Shown one piece after another: positions 30,359 to 40,611 of a DNA stretch of 64,000 nt. Source of the stretch: a virus. Lineage: Duplodnaviria > Heunggongvirae > Uroviricota > Caudoviricetes. The position numbers and the translations under genes were made by a program. The notes under the pieces were generated by a model. The model was not told the origin of the DNA. It saw only the letters and a list, made by a program, of their open reading frames with translations, and did not search any database. The stretch lies in the IMG/VR virus record IMGVR_UViG_2541047913_000007; one strand, given 5' to 3'. How positions within the stretch are numbered: position 1 is the first letter of the stretch; every line of letters starts with the position of its first letter.

Positions 30359-30751
30359 TCAGTATCCCACCACGGTATAACGCAGCAGAACATTCAGGGT
30401 ACCGGTCGCAGCAGCTGTCTTAATGGTGACCGTAACCAGCTCTCCATCACTCTGTGTGGTGTACAGCTCCACTGGCACATATTTAGCAAAGCTGGCAGTT
30501 ACTGCACCACTGTCACCAATGAGCTCATGCTTGCCAGATTTAACGCTGACGGTCGCCGTACCACCAAGACCACCTTTTGAAATCAGTTGGATCCCATTAA
30601 TGCGAACGCCAGTCGGCAGTGAGAGAAGATTAATAACGGTTTCCTGTTCGGCAGCATTCACTGTAAACACACCTTCTGCCACCGACTCATTACCATGCGT
30701 ACCTGAATAAACCCGCTCACTCAGTGACGGAGCAAGGATAGTCTTTGCCAT
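30359..30751 (-). CDS. Putative capsid decoration / accessory protein
   Basis: 130-aa beta-rich ORF directly downstream of major capsid gene. Confidence 0.4.
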   Translation of the reverse strand: MAKTILAPSLSERVYSGTHGNESVAEGVFTVNAAEQETVINLLSLPTGVRINGIQLISKGGLGGTATVSVKSGKHELIGDSGAVTASFAKYVPVELYTTQSDGELVTVTIKTAAATGTLNVLLRYTVVGY

Positions 30752-30805
30752 AATTAATGACTCCTGAAAAAGCCGGGCGATAACCCGGCATGGGGAAAGG
30801 AAAAA

Positions 30806-32020
30806 TCACAGCTTCACTGCGGTATCAACGGCAATAACACCGTGATCCTGCATCTTGCCGCTCTTCTCGGGGAAACGGATTTTTTTCAGACCGTTGATCC
30901 AGCTGATTGCTATCTCAGTACGGTTATCCATATCCGTTTTCTTCTCAACCATGTTGAAGTGACCGCCGCCCTTCTGACCGTACGCATTCGCCAGCGCCTG
31001 AGCCCCCAGCAGCATGGCACGGTCGATGTTGGTTGCAGCAGCCTTTTCTGCCATCGTTGCCGTAAGGTCATTGTTCGACACCATAACCTTTGACCCCTGA
31101 TAGAAACGGATCGGCATCCCCGCATACTTACGGACCAGAATATTGCGCCACATCGCACATTCGCCTTTAAACAGCGGATGGTTAAAACCTTTTGAGCGGT
31201 TTACGGCACGCGTCATCATCTGGTTCCAGTCCTTGCCGGACGTGGAGGTGTACCAGTCATTCCACTGACGCGGCGTGACGTAGAGGACGTAATACGGATC
31301 TTCGCCATACAGCTCATCACCGGACAGGCGTACCGGTTGTAACGGATGAGCCATCTCGTCAATAAACAGTGAGAGATTATCGACCAGCGCAAGAGTGAAC
31401 AGGTCAGACTGGTCAATACTCTCAAAACTCGTCGCATCCCCACCGAAAAAATGACGATCATGCGTCGGCGGCAGTACGTCGTTGATCATGATTTTTTTGA
31501 ATTCAGGGTGATCTGCCGTTGGCAGAATGGTGTCATCAGCAACAAAATCACCGCGGGCACCGGCAAGATGCACTATCGCACACTGGTCCTGCAGGTCGTT
31601 AAAGTACGTACCCAGCAGCGTTCTGGCAGAGGATGCCAGGTTGAACTTCGTACGCTGCTGGCTCATACGTCCGCCCGCATCCACCAGGTGACGGCCCTGA
31701 TTAATTTTCAGGGAAAAATCAGCATGGCTGAGGTCTTCACCACGGCCTTCAACGCGCTCATCCCCCATCGTCGGACGTTTAGAGAGTTTGTGCATGATGC
31801 TGAACGTCACTTCATCACCGGCCTGTTTGTTGAGGTCCGTGATTCGCACAACCGGTGCACCGGCACTGGTCTGCTTCGTGCTTTTCTTGTCAGGCGAAAC
31901 TGCTTTTGGTGCATCCTGCTGTTCAGTGAGTATATTCACCATTGAGCGGTTGCGGTTGGCAGCCGTGAAAAGCGCCACCTGATACAGCTTATTCGCCTGG
32001 GCTGTTGTTACTGTGGTCAT
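30806..32020 (-). CDS. Major capsid protein
   Basis: 404-aa ORF following scaffold-like gene; position between portal/scaffold and tail genes. Confidence 0.65.
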   Translation of the reverse strand: MTTVTTAQANKLYQVALFTAANRNRSMVNILTEQQDAPKAVSPDKKSTKQTSAGAPVVRITDLNKQAGDEVTFSIMHKLSKRPTMGDERVEGRGEDLSHADFSLKINQGRHLVDAGGRMSQQRTKFNLASSARTLLGTYFNDLQDQCAIVHLAGARGDFVADDTILPTADHPEFKKIMINDVLPPTHDRHFFGGDATSFESIDQSDLFTLALVDNLSLFIDEMAHPLQPVRLSGDELYGEDPYYVLYVTPRQWNDWYTSTSGKDWNQMMTRAVNRSKGFNHPLFKGECAMWRNILVRKYAGMPIRFYQGSKVMVSNNDLTATMAEKAAATNIDRAMLLGAQALANAYGQKGGGHFNMVEKKTDMDNRTEIAISWINGLKKIRFPEKSGKMQDHGVIAVDTAVKL

Positions 32021-32042
32021 TACGTCAGTACTCCTTCAGTGG

Positions 32043-33050
32043 TTACCCGAGTTTTTCCAGAATCGCGTCAATTTCAGCGTCCGTCATGCCTCGCATGGCT
32101 GCTTCAATTTCGGTATGGGAAGCACCAAGTAACCGTTCAAAATTATCACCGGTTCCGACGGAAGCCGTGTTGCCAAGCTCTGACGGGGAAGCAGGCACAG
32201 CCATCTCCCGTTCAGCGGCTTTCACTTTTTCTTCCGCCGTTTTCCGGATATCCGTGTTGTCTGCCTTGTCATCAGAAGGCGGCTCACTGGCTTCACCGAA
32301 AGCGAGCTGCGTACGGCGGGCCACTTCGGCGAAACGTTCAGTGAGCGGTTTGTCTTTCCATGCGGGGTCATTCTGGAGCTTCCCGTCGATGGATACGGCA
32401 ACCGAGAAGCGATCCGGATCGGAGTTCTGCCACGTTTTCAGCACCGGCACGGCATTCATCGCATCAAGAACCGGTGATAAATCCTCACCACCATGACCTT
32501 CTGCCTGCTGTGCTGATTGCTGAACACGGGACTGGAGATAGTTATTTTTACGGATGAGCGAAGCCACCGCGTCACCAATTTCCGGATACATATCCCTGAT
32601 ACGGGCAATCTTCTCATCAGAGATTTTTTCGTTTTCCGGTAACGGTGCGGGTTTCATACCGGCCTGGTGGATCTGAGACGTCAGCAGTTCAACCAGGCGT
32701 TTTTCTTCGGCTATCTGTCCCCGAAGAAGTGCGGCTTCCTGTTCGGCCCGCTGCTTACCGGAACGTTCAGCCTCAAGGACTTCATAGGGAATGACGTGTT
32801 TACCATCGCGGGTGAGCACACCCTTCGCCTCCGGCTCCTTCACGTCCTGCGTCTGCTCAGCACTGGCATCCGGCGTCGGTGCCGCAGTGTTATCGCCCGT
32901 CTGTGTCTGTGCTGCCTCATCCGCATGATTTTCTGTGGCGGCCTCTGTCACGCAGTCCTGTTCGTGACCGTCAATATCCACATCTCCAAGCCCTTCCAGC
33001 ATTTTTTCCAGTTGTTCCGGGGTTTCTTCACCCGTAAATTCAAAATCCAT
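32043..33050 (-). CDS. Scaffolding protein
   Basis: 335-aa acidic, helix-prone ORF between portal and capsid genes. Confidence 0.55.
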   Translation of the reverse strand: MDFEFTGEETPEQLEKMLEGLGDVDIDGHEQDCVTEAATENHADEAAQTQTGDNTAAPTPDASAEQTQDVKEPEAKGVLTRDGKHVIPYEVLEAERSGKQRAEQEAALLRGQIAEEKRLVELLTSQIHQAGMKPAPLPENEKISDEKIARIRDMYPEIGDAVASLIRKNNYLQSRVQQSAQQAEGHGGEDLSPVLDAMNAVPVLKTWQNSDPDRFSVAVSIDGKLQNDPAWKDKPLTERFAEVARRTQLAFGEASEPPSDDKADNTDIRKTAEEKVKAAEREMAVPASPSELGNTASVGTGDNFERLLGASHTEIEAAMRGMTDAEIDAILEKLG

Positions 33051-33159
33051 AAATAACTCCGCATGGTCTGTTTATCGGACAGATCCGAATGGTTGAGTAA
33101 ATAAGGCTTATCGCTGCCCCCGCGAATAAGCGCACCGCTCCCGGAACGCTTATCTCCGG

Positions 33160-33187
33160 AAACAAAAAACCCCGTACGATGACGGGG
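33160..33187 (-). terminator. Intrinsic terminator between portal and scaffold genes
   Basis: Minus-strand hairpin CCCCGTCATCGTACGGGG followed by TTTTTTG. Confidence 0.55.
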
Positions 33188-33207
33188 TTCCGTTAAGTTC
33201 AGGATTT

Positions 33208-35352
33208 TCAGAGCGGCATTTCATGCATCCGCTGTTGTAGTGTATGCAGCATCTGTTGCTGAAGAACTTCCTGCTCCTGTTCCATATTCTGTATGCCGGT
33301 AATGATTTCTGCCGTATGTGCCTGGTTAAGCGCATCCACATAACGCTGTCCCTGTGCCGCGGCGACATCCCGTTGTGCGCCAGCATTATCCCGTTGCGCA
33401 GCCGCGCGTGCCCTGGCAGCTTCTGCTTCCAGTTTAGCCACCCGGCCTGTCATTTCGCGCATCTGAAGTTCTGCCTGCTGTTGCTCCAGCGCCTGCTGTT
33501 GTGCTGCCGCTTCCTGCTCTTCCGGAGTCATCTCATCCGGTGATTTTGGCGTCCCCAGCGCCGCACGAATACGTTCGACAAATTCCTGTTTCTGCGGCAC
33601 ATCCAGAAGATTAACCCACAGATCGAGCACAACAGCCTGCACCTGAGGCGGCAGCCCCTGAATAACCTCTGACATTCTCTGTGCAAGCTGTGCCTTAAAC
33701 GCCGGTGTCTGCTGAACAGGAGCCAGCGCAATATGTGTATTTAACCTTGAAATATCATTGGTCAGTTCACCATTATCACCTTCAGCATTGAGGACAATGG
33801 TCTGGCGACGCTGACGATCATCGCGATTAATCACCACCGCATGATTGCGCCGCTTTTTCAGGTCATCAAGAAGATAAGCGAGCAACAGCCTTCCCACCTG
33901 CTGGCAGGCAAACTGGTAGTTATCGTTGATTTCGGCAAGGGTTGTGGCTCCCTGCTCCACCAGGTTGCTGATCGCCACACCGGACGATGCATTTGAATCC
34001 TGCCCGAGAAATGCGGAATAAACCCCCATCGTGTCCTGGATAAGTTTTTCCGACTCCTGCATGACCTGAAACTGCTGGCTGGCAACCTGAAAATCCTGTT
34101 CAACCCGGAAAACATCAGCAACGCTTTTCTGATTTTTTCGGGCCGGATTCAGTTTAATAATGCCATCCGGACGCTCGATCTGCTCCATCAGCTCGTTGTC
34201 TGACAACTGGGTGGCATCCTCGTCCATAATCACGCGTTTGGCCTGAAGCAACCACGTCAGTTTTATACGACGAAAATTCACCTCATCCTGTGCCGGAATG
34301 GCCCGGGAAATCAGCCCGTAAGGCTCCCCGGTTTTATCCTTCCGGTATCCCCAGAAGGGAACCAGCGGGAACATCCCCTGCGGCGCACTGCAGGGGCGAT
34401 CCACAATAAAGTGCGGTCCCACAAACCAGGCTTCACGAATACGACTTACCCGCCCGACTCTCACCTGCACCCGCCCGGATGCCACAGCCACCGCATGCAT
34501 CAGATTATTTTTATCAAAGGCCACCACCCGTCCATTACTGAGTTCAATCACCGGAAGACGCTCGAATGTACGGTAATAAACCACCTGAAGCAGCACACGA
34601 CGGCGTTCACGCTGAAGCCATTCGTTCTGCTGTCGATCCCATGACTGATACTCTTCCCATGCACTCATCAACGGACTGGGCTGGCCTTCAGTAACCGTGG
34701 TATCGACAAAACCACGCCAGTCATCAATGGCATAATCGATAACCTGAGCCATTCCCGGAAATGTGGCTTTTGCCTCATCGGTATCCATCCAGCGGCGGCG
34801 CATCAGCCAGCGGCAGTCACTTAAATCAGCCTCCCGGCTGAGCCAGTCCCAGAACACTTCATTCCGGCTGACAGTAGACACCTTAAACTCAGGCCCGAAC
34901 GGATCGCTGTTCCGTCTGACCTCCACCCAGCTGAGCCCCGCTTTGATTTGTTCCGCATAGGCATCAGAACGGGCTTTATTCATATTTCCAAGGCGGCAAG
35001 CATCGGCAAATTCAGCATTAATAGCTTCAGCCAGTTTTTCTGTTTCATCATCAGGATCATCTGATATCACCAACAGATCAGTCCGCGTTTTGGCCTCCAT
35101 ACCCAGAACACCATCAACGGTAGGCGCGATGAGGTTATGGATGGTCATCGGCTGACCGCGATCTTTCAACACCTGGAGAACTTCCAGTGGCAACTGGTCA
35201 CCATCGTAATACGCACAGGCCTTGTTTGCGGCATCGCGCCATTTAGGCTGACTGTCAATATCAGAACAAAGCGCCTGTAACTGGCGCTGAGAAAAACGCG
35301 GCGTGGCTCCGTTGTCGTTTTTCGTCGCCATGGTATTAGTTTCATTTTTCAT
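33208..35352 (-). CDS. Portal protein
   Basis: 714-aa ORF immediately downstream of terminase large subunit (1-bp overlap). Confidence 0.7.
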   Translation of the reverse strand: MKNETNTMATKNDNGATPRFSQRQLQALCSDIDSQPKWRDAANKACAYYDGDQLPLEVLQVLKDRGQPMTIHNLIAPTVDGVLGMEAKTRTDLLVISDDPDDETEKLAEAINAEFADACRLGNMNKARSDAYAEQIKAGLSWVEVRRNSDPFGPEFKVSTVSRNEVFWDWLSREADLSDCRWLMRRRWMDTDEAKATFPGMAQVIDYAIDDWRGFVDTTVTEGQPSPLMSAWEEYQSWDRQQNEWLQRERRRVLLQVVYYRTFERLPVIELSNGRVVAFDKNNLMHAVAVASGRVQVRVGRVSRIREAWFVGPHFIVDRPCSAPQGMFPLVPFWGYRKDKTGEPYGLISRAIPAQDEVNFRRIKLTWLLQAKRVIMDEDATQLSDNELMEQIERPDGIIKLNPARKNQKSVADVFRVEQDFQVASQQFQVMQESEKLIQDTMGVYSAFLGQDSNASSGVAISNLVEQGATTLAEINDNYQFACQQVGRLLLAYLLDDLKKRRNHAVVINRDDRQRRQTIVLNAEGDNGELTNDISRLNTHIALAPVQQTPAFKAQLAQRMSEVIQGLPPQVQAVVLDLWVNLLDVPQKQEFVERIRAALGTPKSPDEMTPEEQEAAAQQQALEQQQAELQMREMTGRVAKLEAEAARARAAAQRDNAGAQRDVAAAQGQRYVDALNQAHTAEIITGIQNMEQEQEVLQQQMLHTLQQRMHEMPL

Positions 35353-37058
35353 CAGTGAGCCATCCAGTGTGTGGTTCTGCGTTTATCCGTTTTCTGTTTT
35401 ACCCTCACCAGCATTCTGGCGCGCATCTCCTGGGCAATCATGTAGCTCATAAGCTGATCATCAAAACAGCCTTCCTGTGCATTCATGGAGCCTTTCGCGT
35501 CATAAACGTAGGTGTTCATTTCTGATAATGTGCCCGACCAGCGGATCCCCGACAGGCCGTTATTCAGCAGCGTTTTCATTCCCTCTGTCAGGACCGGTTT
35601 ACTCTGGCGGGTTGTCAGCCAGCCAAGACGGGGCGTATCGTCGTCATATGCCTGGTCAAGGTGCTGTTCGTTGTAGATATAACGCGTCGGATAGAGTTCC
35701 CTGAGTTTCAGGATAACGGCATGTCCGTGATTGTTACGCTCCGGCCCCACAAACGCATTGTTGTACATACGGCAGACCTGCGCAATGAGATGAGCGAAAA
35801 GCTCCGCATCGAGATGACCAAACCAGTGAGCCACCTGCTCACCATTACTGCATCTGATGATATCCAGCGATGAGCGGTCTCCGTGCTCCAGCCCCTCAGC
35901 GGTATCCGCTCCGCATACATACTCTTCATCCGGATCCGGCAGCTCCCAGACCAGCAGATAATTCATCAGCGTCCGGTGCTGTTCGGCTTTATTCCCGTCA
36001 CGCAGAGACTGCGCTTTGGTCTTCGTTCCTGTAACCGGTTCAATGTCATAAACAATCAGCGGTGGCGAACAGAATGACTCTGCCTGCAGCGTGCTTTCCG
36101 CACTGAACACCCGTCGTCCTGACGTCAGAAACGCCTCCTGTGGCGTTGAGGGAAATTCCTGCTTCATTTCCTCACGCTGTTCAGTTTCCTTGCAGATGTA
36201 CCAGTGTTTCTGCTCATCGGTAAGCGTGATGTTCATTGCTTTTTCAACCGCAGAAAAATACGCTGTTTTTTCCCGTGACAGCTTAAGTCCGCTTTCCGGC
36301 ACTCTGGCGCTGTATTTGAGATCCTGCCACCAGGCGTAAAAATGGAATTTATAATCCTGTGGCGTCAGCGCCAGCCCTGATGCAGTGATTTCCTGTGCCC
36401 GGTTACTCATCTCGTAAAAATCGCCACCCACACCTTCAGCAGTGGATTCATCAAAAATAATGCATTCATCAGAGACGGCATTAAGCGTACCGGTTCGCAG
36501 CTCTTTCGCCTTAGCCGGATATTTCGCGCAAATTTTGCCGTGTTCTGAGATATGCAGGCGCTGCACCGTACCTGAGCGAAATGAGGTTGCCACCTGAATA
36601 CTCGAGCCGTGACCAAACAGGATATAGCCACCGCTGGCACCGCTACGACGTTCAACGATGGTGAATGAGGCTCTCAGCCAGTCAGGGAGATGATCAAACG
36701 GTACAGCAATTTTTGTGCGGAAAATTTCACTGGCAGCCTGTTTATCCTGAGCGACGATCCCGCATTTGAGATGCGGAATGAATAATGCCTGGTCGAGAAG
36801 ATAAATATCAATGGCTGTGGAAAATCCCAGCTGGCGCGCTTTCAGGATAATGTTTTTATTATGCATGTTACGAAACAACTGACGTTGCGCCGGTCGCATT
36901 CTGAAGGTGACCAGTTCACCTTTTTCGTTCTGTATTTTGTAGAGATGATTGAGGCGCCACCAGGGATTGCTCAGTTTTGTCATAATGAACAGACGTTGTT
37001 CGGTCTCAGTCATTTCTGCAGATTCATCACATCGCGGTTTATTCTTCCGGAATGTCAT
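35352..37058 (-). CDS. Terminase large subunit
   Basis: 568-aa ORF with ATPase and nuclease-type regions; follows small subunit gene with 20-bp overlap. Confidence 0.75.
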   Translation of the reverse strand: MTFRKNKPRCDESAEMTETEQRLFIMTKLSNPWWRLNHLYKIQNEKGELVTFRMRPAQRQLFRNMHNKNIILKARQLGFSTAIDIYLLDQALFIPHLKCGIVAQDKQAASEIFRTKIAVPFDHLPDWLRASFTIVERRSGASGGYILFGHGSSIQVATSFRSGTVQRLHISEHGKICAKYPAKAKELRTGTLNAVSDECIIFDESTAEGVGGDFYEMSNRAQEITASGLALTPQDYKFHFYAWWQDLKYSARVPESGLKLSREKTAYFSAVEKAMNITLTDEQKHWYICKETEQREEMKQEFPSTPQEAFLTSGRRVFSAESTLQAESFCSPPLIVYDIEPVTGTKTKAQSLRDGNKAEQHRTLMNYLLVWELPDPDEEYVCGADTAEGLEHGDRSSLDIIRCSNGEQVAHWFGHLDAELFAHLIAQVCRMYNNAFVGPERNNHGHAVILKLRELYPTRYIYNEQHLDQAYDDDTPRLGWLTTRQSKPVLTEGMKTLLNNGLSGIRWSGTLSEMNTYVYDAKGSMNAQEGCFDDQLMSYMIAQEMRARMLVRVKQKTDKRRTTHWMAH

Positions 37059-37869
37059 CCAGTCTCCCCGAATTACTCATTTCATGCAGCGATGACACGA
37101 TGTCACTGACAGGCGTAACAACGCCCCGACGCTGGCTGGTCAGAATATCGGTTTCCGCTCTGAGTTTATCTCTGGCAGCGTTGATTCTTTCCCGGTCAGC
37201 ACGAAGTTTTGGTGCTGTTTCCGCCAGAACGTCCAGCGTCAGCAATGAGCGTTCAATTGACTCGATACGGGCAATATTCCGGTCAAGAGCCTGTTCGGCT
37301 TTAAGTATTTTGTCGTACAGGGCAACACGGGTTTCCACGTCAGCCGCCTCTTTCAGGTCGGCGAACATTTTTTTCAGTGTTCCTGTTACTGAAAGTGCGC
37401 GGGCACGGGTGAACACCAGTTCATCGAACAGCACCATATCGGACGCATCATCCATGAGGTTATCTGCCTCAAGATACTTCGCATATCCACGGTGTCTCAC
37501 GGCGTGGGTGTTACGGTCGCTAAACCGGGCAACGGGGTGAGGATTGCCCGATCTGCTGTTGCGTTTCGTTTCTGCCGAATTTGCGCAGTTTTTTTCAGAA
37601 TTTTTTGCGCATTTTTCATCGTCGGAACCCGCGTCATTGCTGGGTTCTTCATCTGAGATGTCATGATCGATTTCATGATCGGTTTTATGATCGATTTCAT
37701 GATCGGTTTTATGATCGATTTCATGATCGATTTTGCCCATTTTTATACGGGTTCTGGCGGTGTTGTAATTAATCTTTTTCTTACGGCACCACTCCAGTAA
37801 TGTTATTCCCGTTTCGGCATGTTCGCGTCGGAATGCCTGCTCCAGTTTTTTCCAGTCCAGCTTTGCCAT
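37039..37869 (-). CDS. Terminase small subunit (N-terminal HTH) with internal His/Asp-rich tandem repeat
   Basis: 276 aa; N-terminal GITLLEWCRKKKINYNTARTRIKMG HTH; position directly upstream of TerL. Confidence 0.6.
   Translation of the reverse strand: MAKLDWKKLEQAFRREHAETGITLLEWCRKKKINYNTARTRIKMGKIDHEIDHKTDHEIDHKTDHEIDHDISDEEPSNDAGSDDEKCAKNSEKNCANSAETKRNSRSGNPHPVARFSDRNTHAVRHRGYAKYLEADNLMDDASDMVLFDELVFTRARALSVTGTLKKMFADLKEAADVETRVALYDKILKAEQALDRNIARIESIERSLLTLDVLAETAPKLRADRERINAARDKLRAETDILTSQRRGVVTPVSDIVSSLHEMSNSGRLDDIPEE
37661..37737. repeat. 24-bp tandem repeat (about 3 copies) inside terS encoding (HEIDHKTD)n
   Basis: atgatcgatttcatgatcggtttt repeated. Confidence 0.85.
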
Positions 37870-38170
37870 GTCACTTTCTGACGTCCTCTGTTAAAAACTG
37901 ACGCATAATGACCGCTGTGATTTTTCAGAATTCACACAGCAGCGTCTTGTTTGATTGATATTTACACAATATGGTTGTTTTATCCGGTTTCTTCCACCAC
38001 CGCACCGGACAGGCGGTCATGCGGGAAAACGCTCACGTTACCTGAAAACGTGGAAAGCCCGGTGTGCATCGTTTTTGATTATCCCCACACACTCGCGCAG
38101 GAGGTCCAGTGTCTGGCTGAGGTCTCTGTTAATGCGGGAATACTGCGACGATACGGCGCATCAGCAAAAC

Positions 38171-38638
38171 TTATTTCAGGCACTGAGTGCGGATATATTC
38201 CTGTGCCCCTTCCAGCTGCTTCTGCATCATCATCAACCGCTCTCTGAGGGTGAAATAATCCCGTTCAGCGGTGTCTGCCAGTCGGGGGCCGGTTGCATTA
38301 TCCATGCCGGAGGTGCCGGTGGCTTCACGCACGGTACCGGAGCAGGTGGCGTTGATCCGCAGGCGCTTACGACCAGCAGCAACATCAGCACGCAGAGTTT
38401 CATTTTCAGCTCTCGCATCGGCTAATTCCCTCGAGTATTTTGCATCGAGCGCAGCAACATCGCGCTGGCGCACCTGCATATCAGTAATGGTGGCGTTTGC
38501 CAGCTCCAGCTCTCTGGCTTTTTTATCGCGCTGCGCTTTGTAGGTGATGGCGTTATCGCGGTAATGGTCTGTTGCCAGCCACAGCGCACCACAGCCACCC
38601 GCCAGGACAATAATCACCACACACAGAACACGGCTCAT
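38171..38638 (-). CDS. Rz: Rz i-spanin (lambda-like)
   Basis: 155 aa; ..[33 protein letters not shown].. closely matches lambda Rz as recalled. Confidence 0.85.
   Translation of the reverse strand: MSRVLCVVIIVLAGGCGALWLATDHYRDNAITYKAQRDKKARELELANATITDMQVRQRDVAALDAKYSRELADARAENETLRADVAAGRKRLRINATCSGTVREATGTSGMDNATGPRLADTAERDYFTLRERLMMMQKQLEGAQEYIRTQCLK
38233..38418 (-). CDS. Rz1: Rz1 o-spanin lipoprotein embedded in Rz in +1 frame
   Basis: Lipobox (LVVSAC) and proline-rich [30 protein letters not shown] matching lambda Rz1. Confidence 0.8.
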   Translation of the reverse strand: MRELKMKLCVLMLLLVVSACGSTPPAPVPCVKPPAPPAWIMQPAPDWQTPLNGIISPSESG

Positions 38639-38645
38639 CTCTCTT

Positions 38646-38867
38646 TCACCCCACCAGTCCCGATAACGTCAGGACTCGCCAGGCGGTGGAAAAGAAAATG
38701 GCAACCAGCATTAGTGAAAATGAAATGCCGACAATTACACAGAGGATCTTCGCCAGCGTTATGAGTTTGTCTGACATGCTTAATCCTCCCTTCACGATTT
38801 CAACGCAATGACCAGTTTTGCCAGCCCATACAGCATCGGGGACACAGCAACACCGACCGCCACCCAC
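38646..38867 (-). CDS. Possible small membrane protein between endolysin and Rz
   Basis: Hydrophobic segment; overlaps neighbouring ORF; weak support. Confidence 0.25.
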   Translation of the reverse strand: MGGGRCCCVPDAVWAGKTGHCVEIVKGGLSMSDKLITLAKILCVIVGISFSLMLVAIFFSTAWRVLTLSGLVG

Positions 38868-39007
38868 TTAATGGCAAAAGCCAGTGCTCTGCTGATGTCA
38901 TCAGTTACAGGCGCTTTCAGTTCAAGGCCGTTTTTCATAGTCAACCTCAACAGAATTCGTTTATACTTCTCCATGTTCTCCCTTGCCTTATCCAAGGTCA
39001 GAAACAC
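38792..39007 (-). CDS. Possible small membrane protein
   Basis: 71-aa ORF with C-terminal hydrophobic segment; weak support. Confidence 0.25.
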   Translation of the reverse strand: MFLTLDKARENMEKYKRILLRLTMKNGLELKAPVTDDISRALAFAIKWVAVGVAVSPMLYGLAKLVIALKS

Positions 39008-39130
39008 AAAACCCCGCTTGCAGCCAACAAACGGGGTTTTTACTTTTATTCACTTAGTTTTTGTCAGTTCGCAGGATTTCGTGTTATCCGTCCGTGTGAG
39101 CAAACCGCATTTTTCAGCAAAATATTCTGC

Positions 39131-39664
39131 TTATCTGTCAATTCCCCAGCACGCCAGCGCGCTCTCCTGGTCACGCCGCGATACCTGCCCGTAACAGTTA
39201 TTTGAGCGATTCCGACAGTCCCTGCCGCCGTCATATATCCATCGGCGGATTTCAGCACATGCACCTTTCCGGTCTCCGGCGTTCAGTTTCCGGTAAAACG
39301 TTGAGGTGAAGCATTTCGAAGGCCCGATGTTGTACGGACAGAATGACGCGATGCCCGCTTTCTGCGGTTCAGTCAGTGGCACTCTGATGTTTTTCTCCAC
39401 CCATGCCAGCGCCTTATCACGCTCAATGGCGTTAACCTGGTCGCATTTTTCCTTCGACAACTTCATGCCCGGGACGACAGGTTTGCCATCCACCATGATG
39501 GCACCACGGCAGATGGTCCAGATCCCCGCACCATCACGGTATGCCGTGGTGTGGTTACCTTCTTTTTCGTCAAGAAACTGGTCGATGATTTCAGGCGCAG
39601 AAGCACCTGCCGCAATCAGCGCCAGAACGGCTACCGATAAACCATAGTGGAGTTTCTGAGTCAC
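39131..39664 (-). CDS. R: Endolysin, T4-lysozyme-type muramidase with N-terminal SAR-like signal-anchor
   Basis: EGNHTTAYRDGAGIWTICRG catalytic Glu/Asp/Thr motif; hydrophobic N-terminus LSVAVLALIAAGASA. Confidence 0.8.
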   Translation of the reverse strand: MTQKLHYGLSVAVLALIAAGASAPEIIDQFLDEKEGNHTTAYRDGAGIWTICRGAIMVDGKPVVPGMKLSKEKCDQVNAIERDKALAWVEKNIRVPLTEPQKAGIASFCPYNIGPSKCFTSTFYRKLNAGDRKGACAEIRRWIYDGGRDCRNRSNNCYGQVSRRDQESALACWGIDR

Positions 39665-39668
39665 CTAA

Positions 39669-39884
39669 TCACTCTCCCCGGGCAGCCTTGCGACGGTCCT
39701 CTTTAATTTTGAAATACAGATTCGTCAGGTATGTCAGGAACCCCAGACACAGGCTCCCCAAAACCCCGATAGCAGCCCACTGTGACGGAGTAACCTGATC
39801 CAACCACTGTAGAAACCAGTAACCCGCACTGCCCGCAGAAGTACCATAGGCTATGCCCGTTGATATTTTTTCCATCTGATACAT
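39669..39884 (-). CDS. S: Holin, phage 21 S21 pinholin-like
   Basis: 71 aa, ..[63 protein letters not shown] near-identical to S21 as recalled; 4 bp upstream of endolysin. Confidence 0.85.
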   Translation of the reverse strand: MYQMEKISTGIAYGTSAGSAGYWFLQWLDQVTPSQWAAIGVLGSLCLGFLTYLTNLYFKIKEDRRKAARGE

Positions 39885-39960
39885 ATCCCCGCCCCGACAG
39901 ACCTGTGCTACCGGAAATAAAAAAGGCCATCAGTGTTTTACTGATGGCCCTGCCCCGCCG

Positions 39961-40251
39961 TTACAGCATTGTGCCCGGTTCGGGTTGTGTGTCTGTCATA
40001 TCCGTCACCGGTGACTCCGGCTGAATATCACCATTTTCCGTGGTGACATCTTCCGCCTGTGGTTCCGGAAGCAGTTCCGGGGATGGTTCCGGCTGTGCAC
40101 CAAGCAATTCATCCAGAATTGAATCCACTTCTGCATCAAGACGCTCTTCCAGATTCTGGCGGAGTTTTTGTTTCAGGACGCTTCTGACTTCTTCAGAGCG
40201 AATGACTTCCTTCACTGCCTCAGCAGTGACCAGTTGTTTTATATCTGTCAT
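39961..40251 (-). CDS. Hypothetical late protein (start at internal Met MTDIKQLV)
   Basis: Acidic ORF between esterase and holin. Confidence 0.35.
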   Translation of the reverse strand: MTDIKQLVTAEAVKEVIRSEEVRSVLKQKLRQNLEERLDAEVDSILDELLGAQPEPSPELLPEPQAEDVTTENGDIQPESPVTDMTDTQPEPGTML

Positions 40252-40276
40252 GAGATTTTCTCGTTGAAAGGGGTTA

Positions 40277-40471
40277 TTAAGAAGGTTGTTCCGGAATGAG
40301 TGGGGCTTCTGTTTTTGCTCCGGCTGACTGAGTGGCGCTGATTTTCTCAGCGGCCCTTTTGTCAATCTGTCTGCGCCAGAAGTCGCGTACTGCCCTGTAT
40401 CCACCCGAAAGCAGATACAACACACAGACCACCGTACAGAAGTACAGCATTAACTGGTTGATGAATGTCAT
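40277..40471 (-). CDS. Possible small membrane protein
   Basis: 64-aa ORF with N-terminal TM segment. Confidence 0.3.
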   Translation of the reverse strand: MTFINQLMLYFCTVVCVLYLLSGGYRAVRDFWRRQIDKRAAEKISATQSAGAKTEAPLIPEQPS

Positions 40472-40611
40472 GGTTTATTACCGTTACTGTTGACAATGAG
40501 AACTGTTTTCATTTAGAAATGATTGATGTCGAAAGCATCCTTTCGTTAGATTCTCCATTGGGATTACCTCCGCCAGTCTCCATTCCTGTTGCTGGCGGTT
40601 TTTTTCGTCTG

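Noticed and set aside
38808-39194. Plus-strand 128-aa ORF across the endolysin/Rz spacer
   Set aside because: Reads through a strong hairpin terminator and overlaps the endolysin gene antisense.
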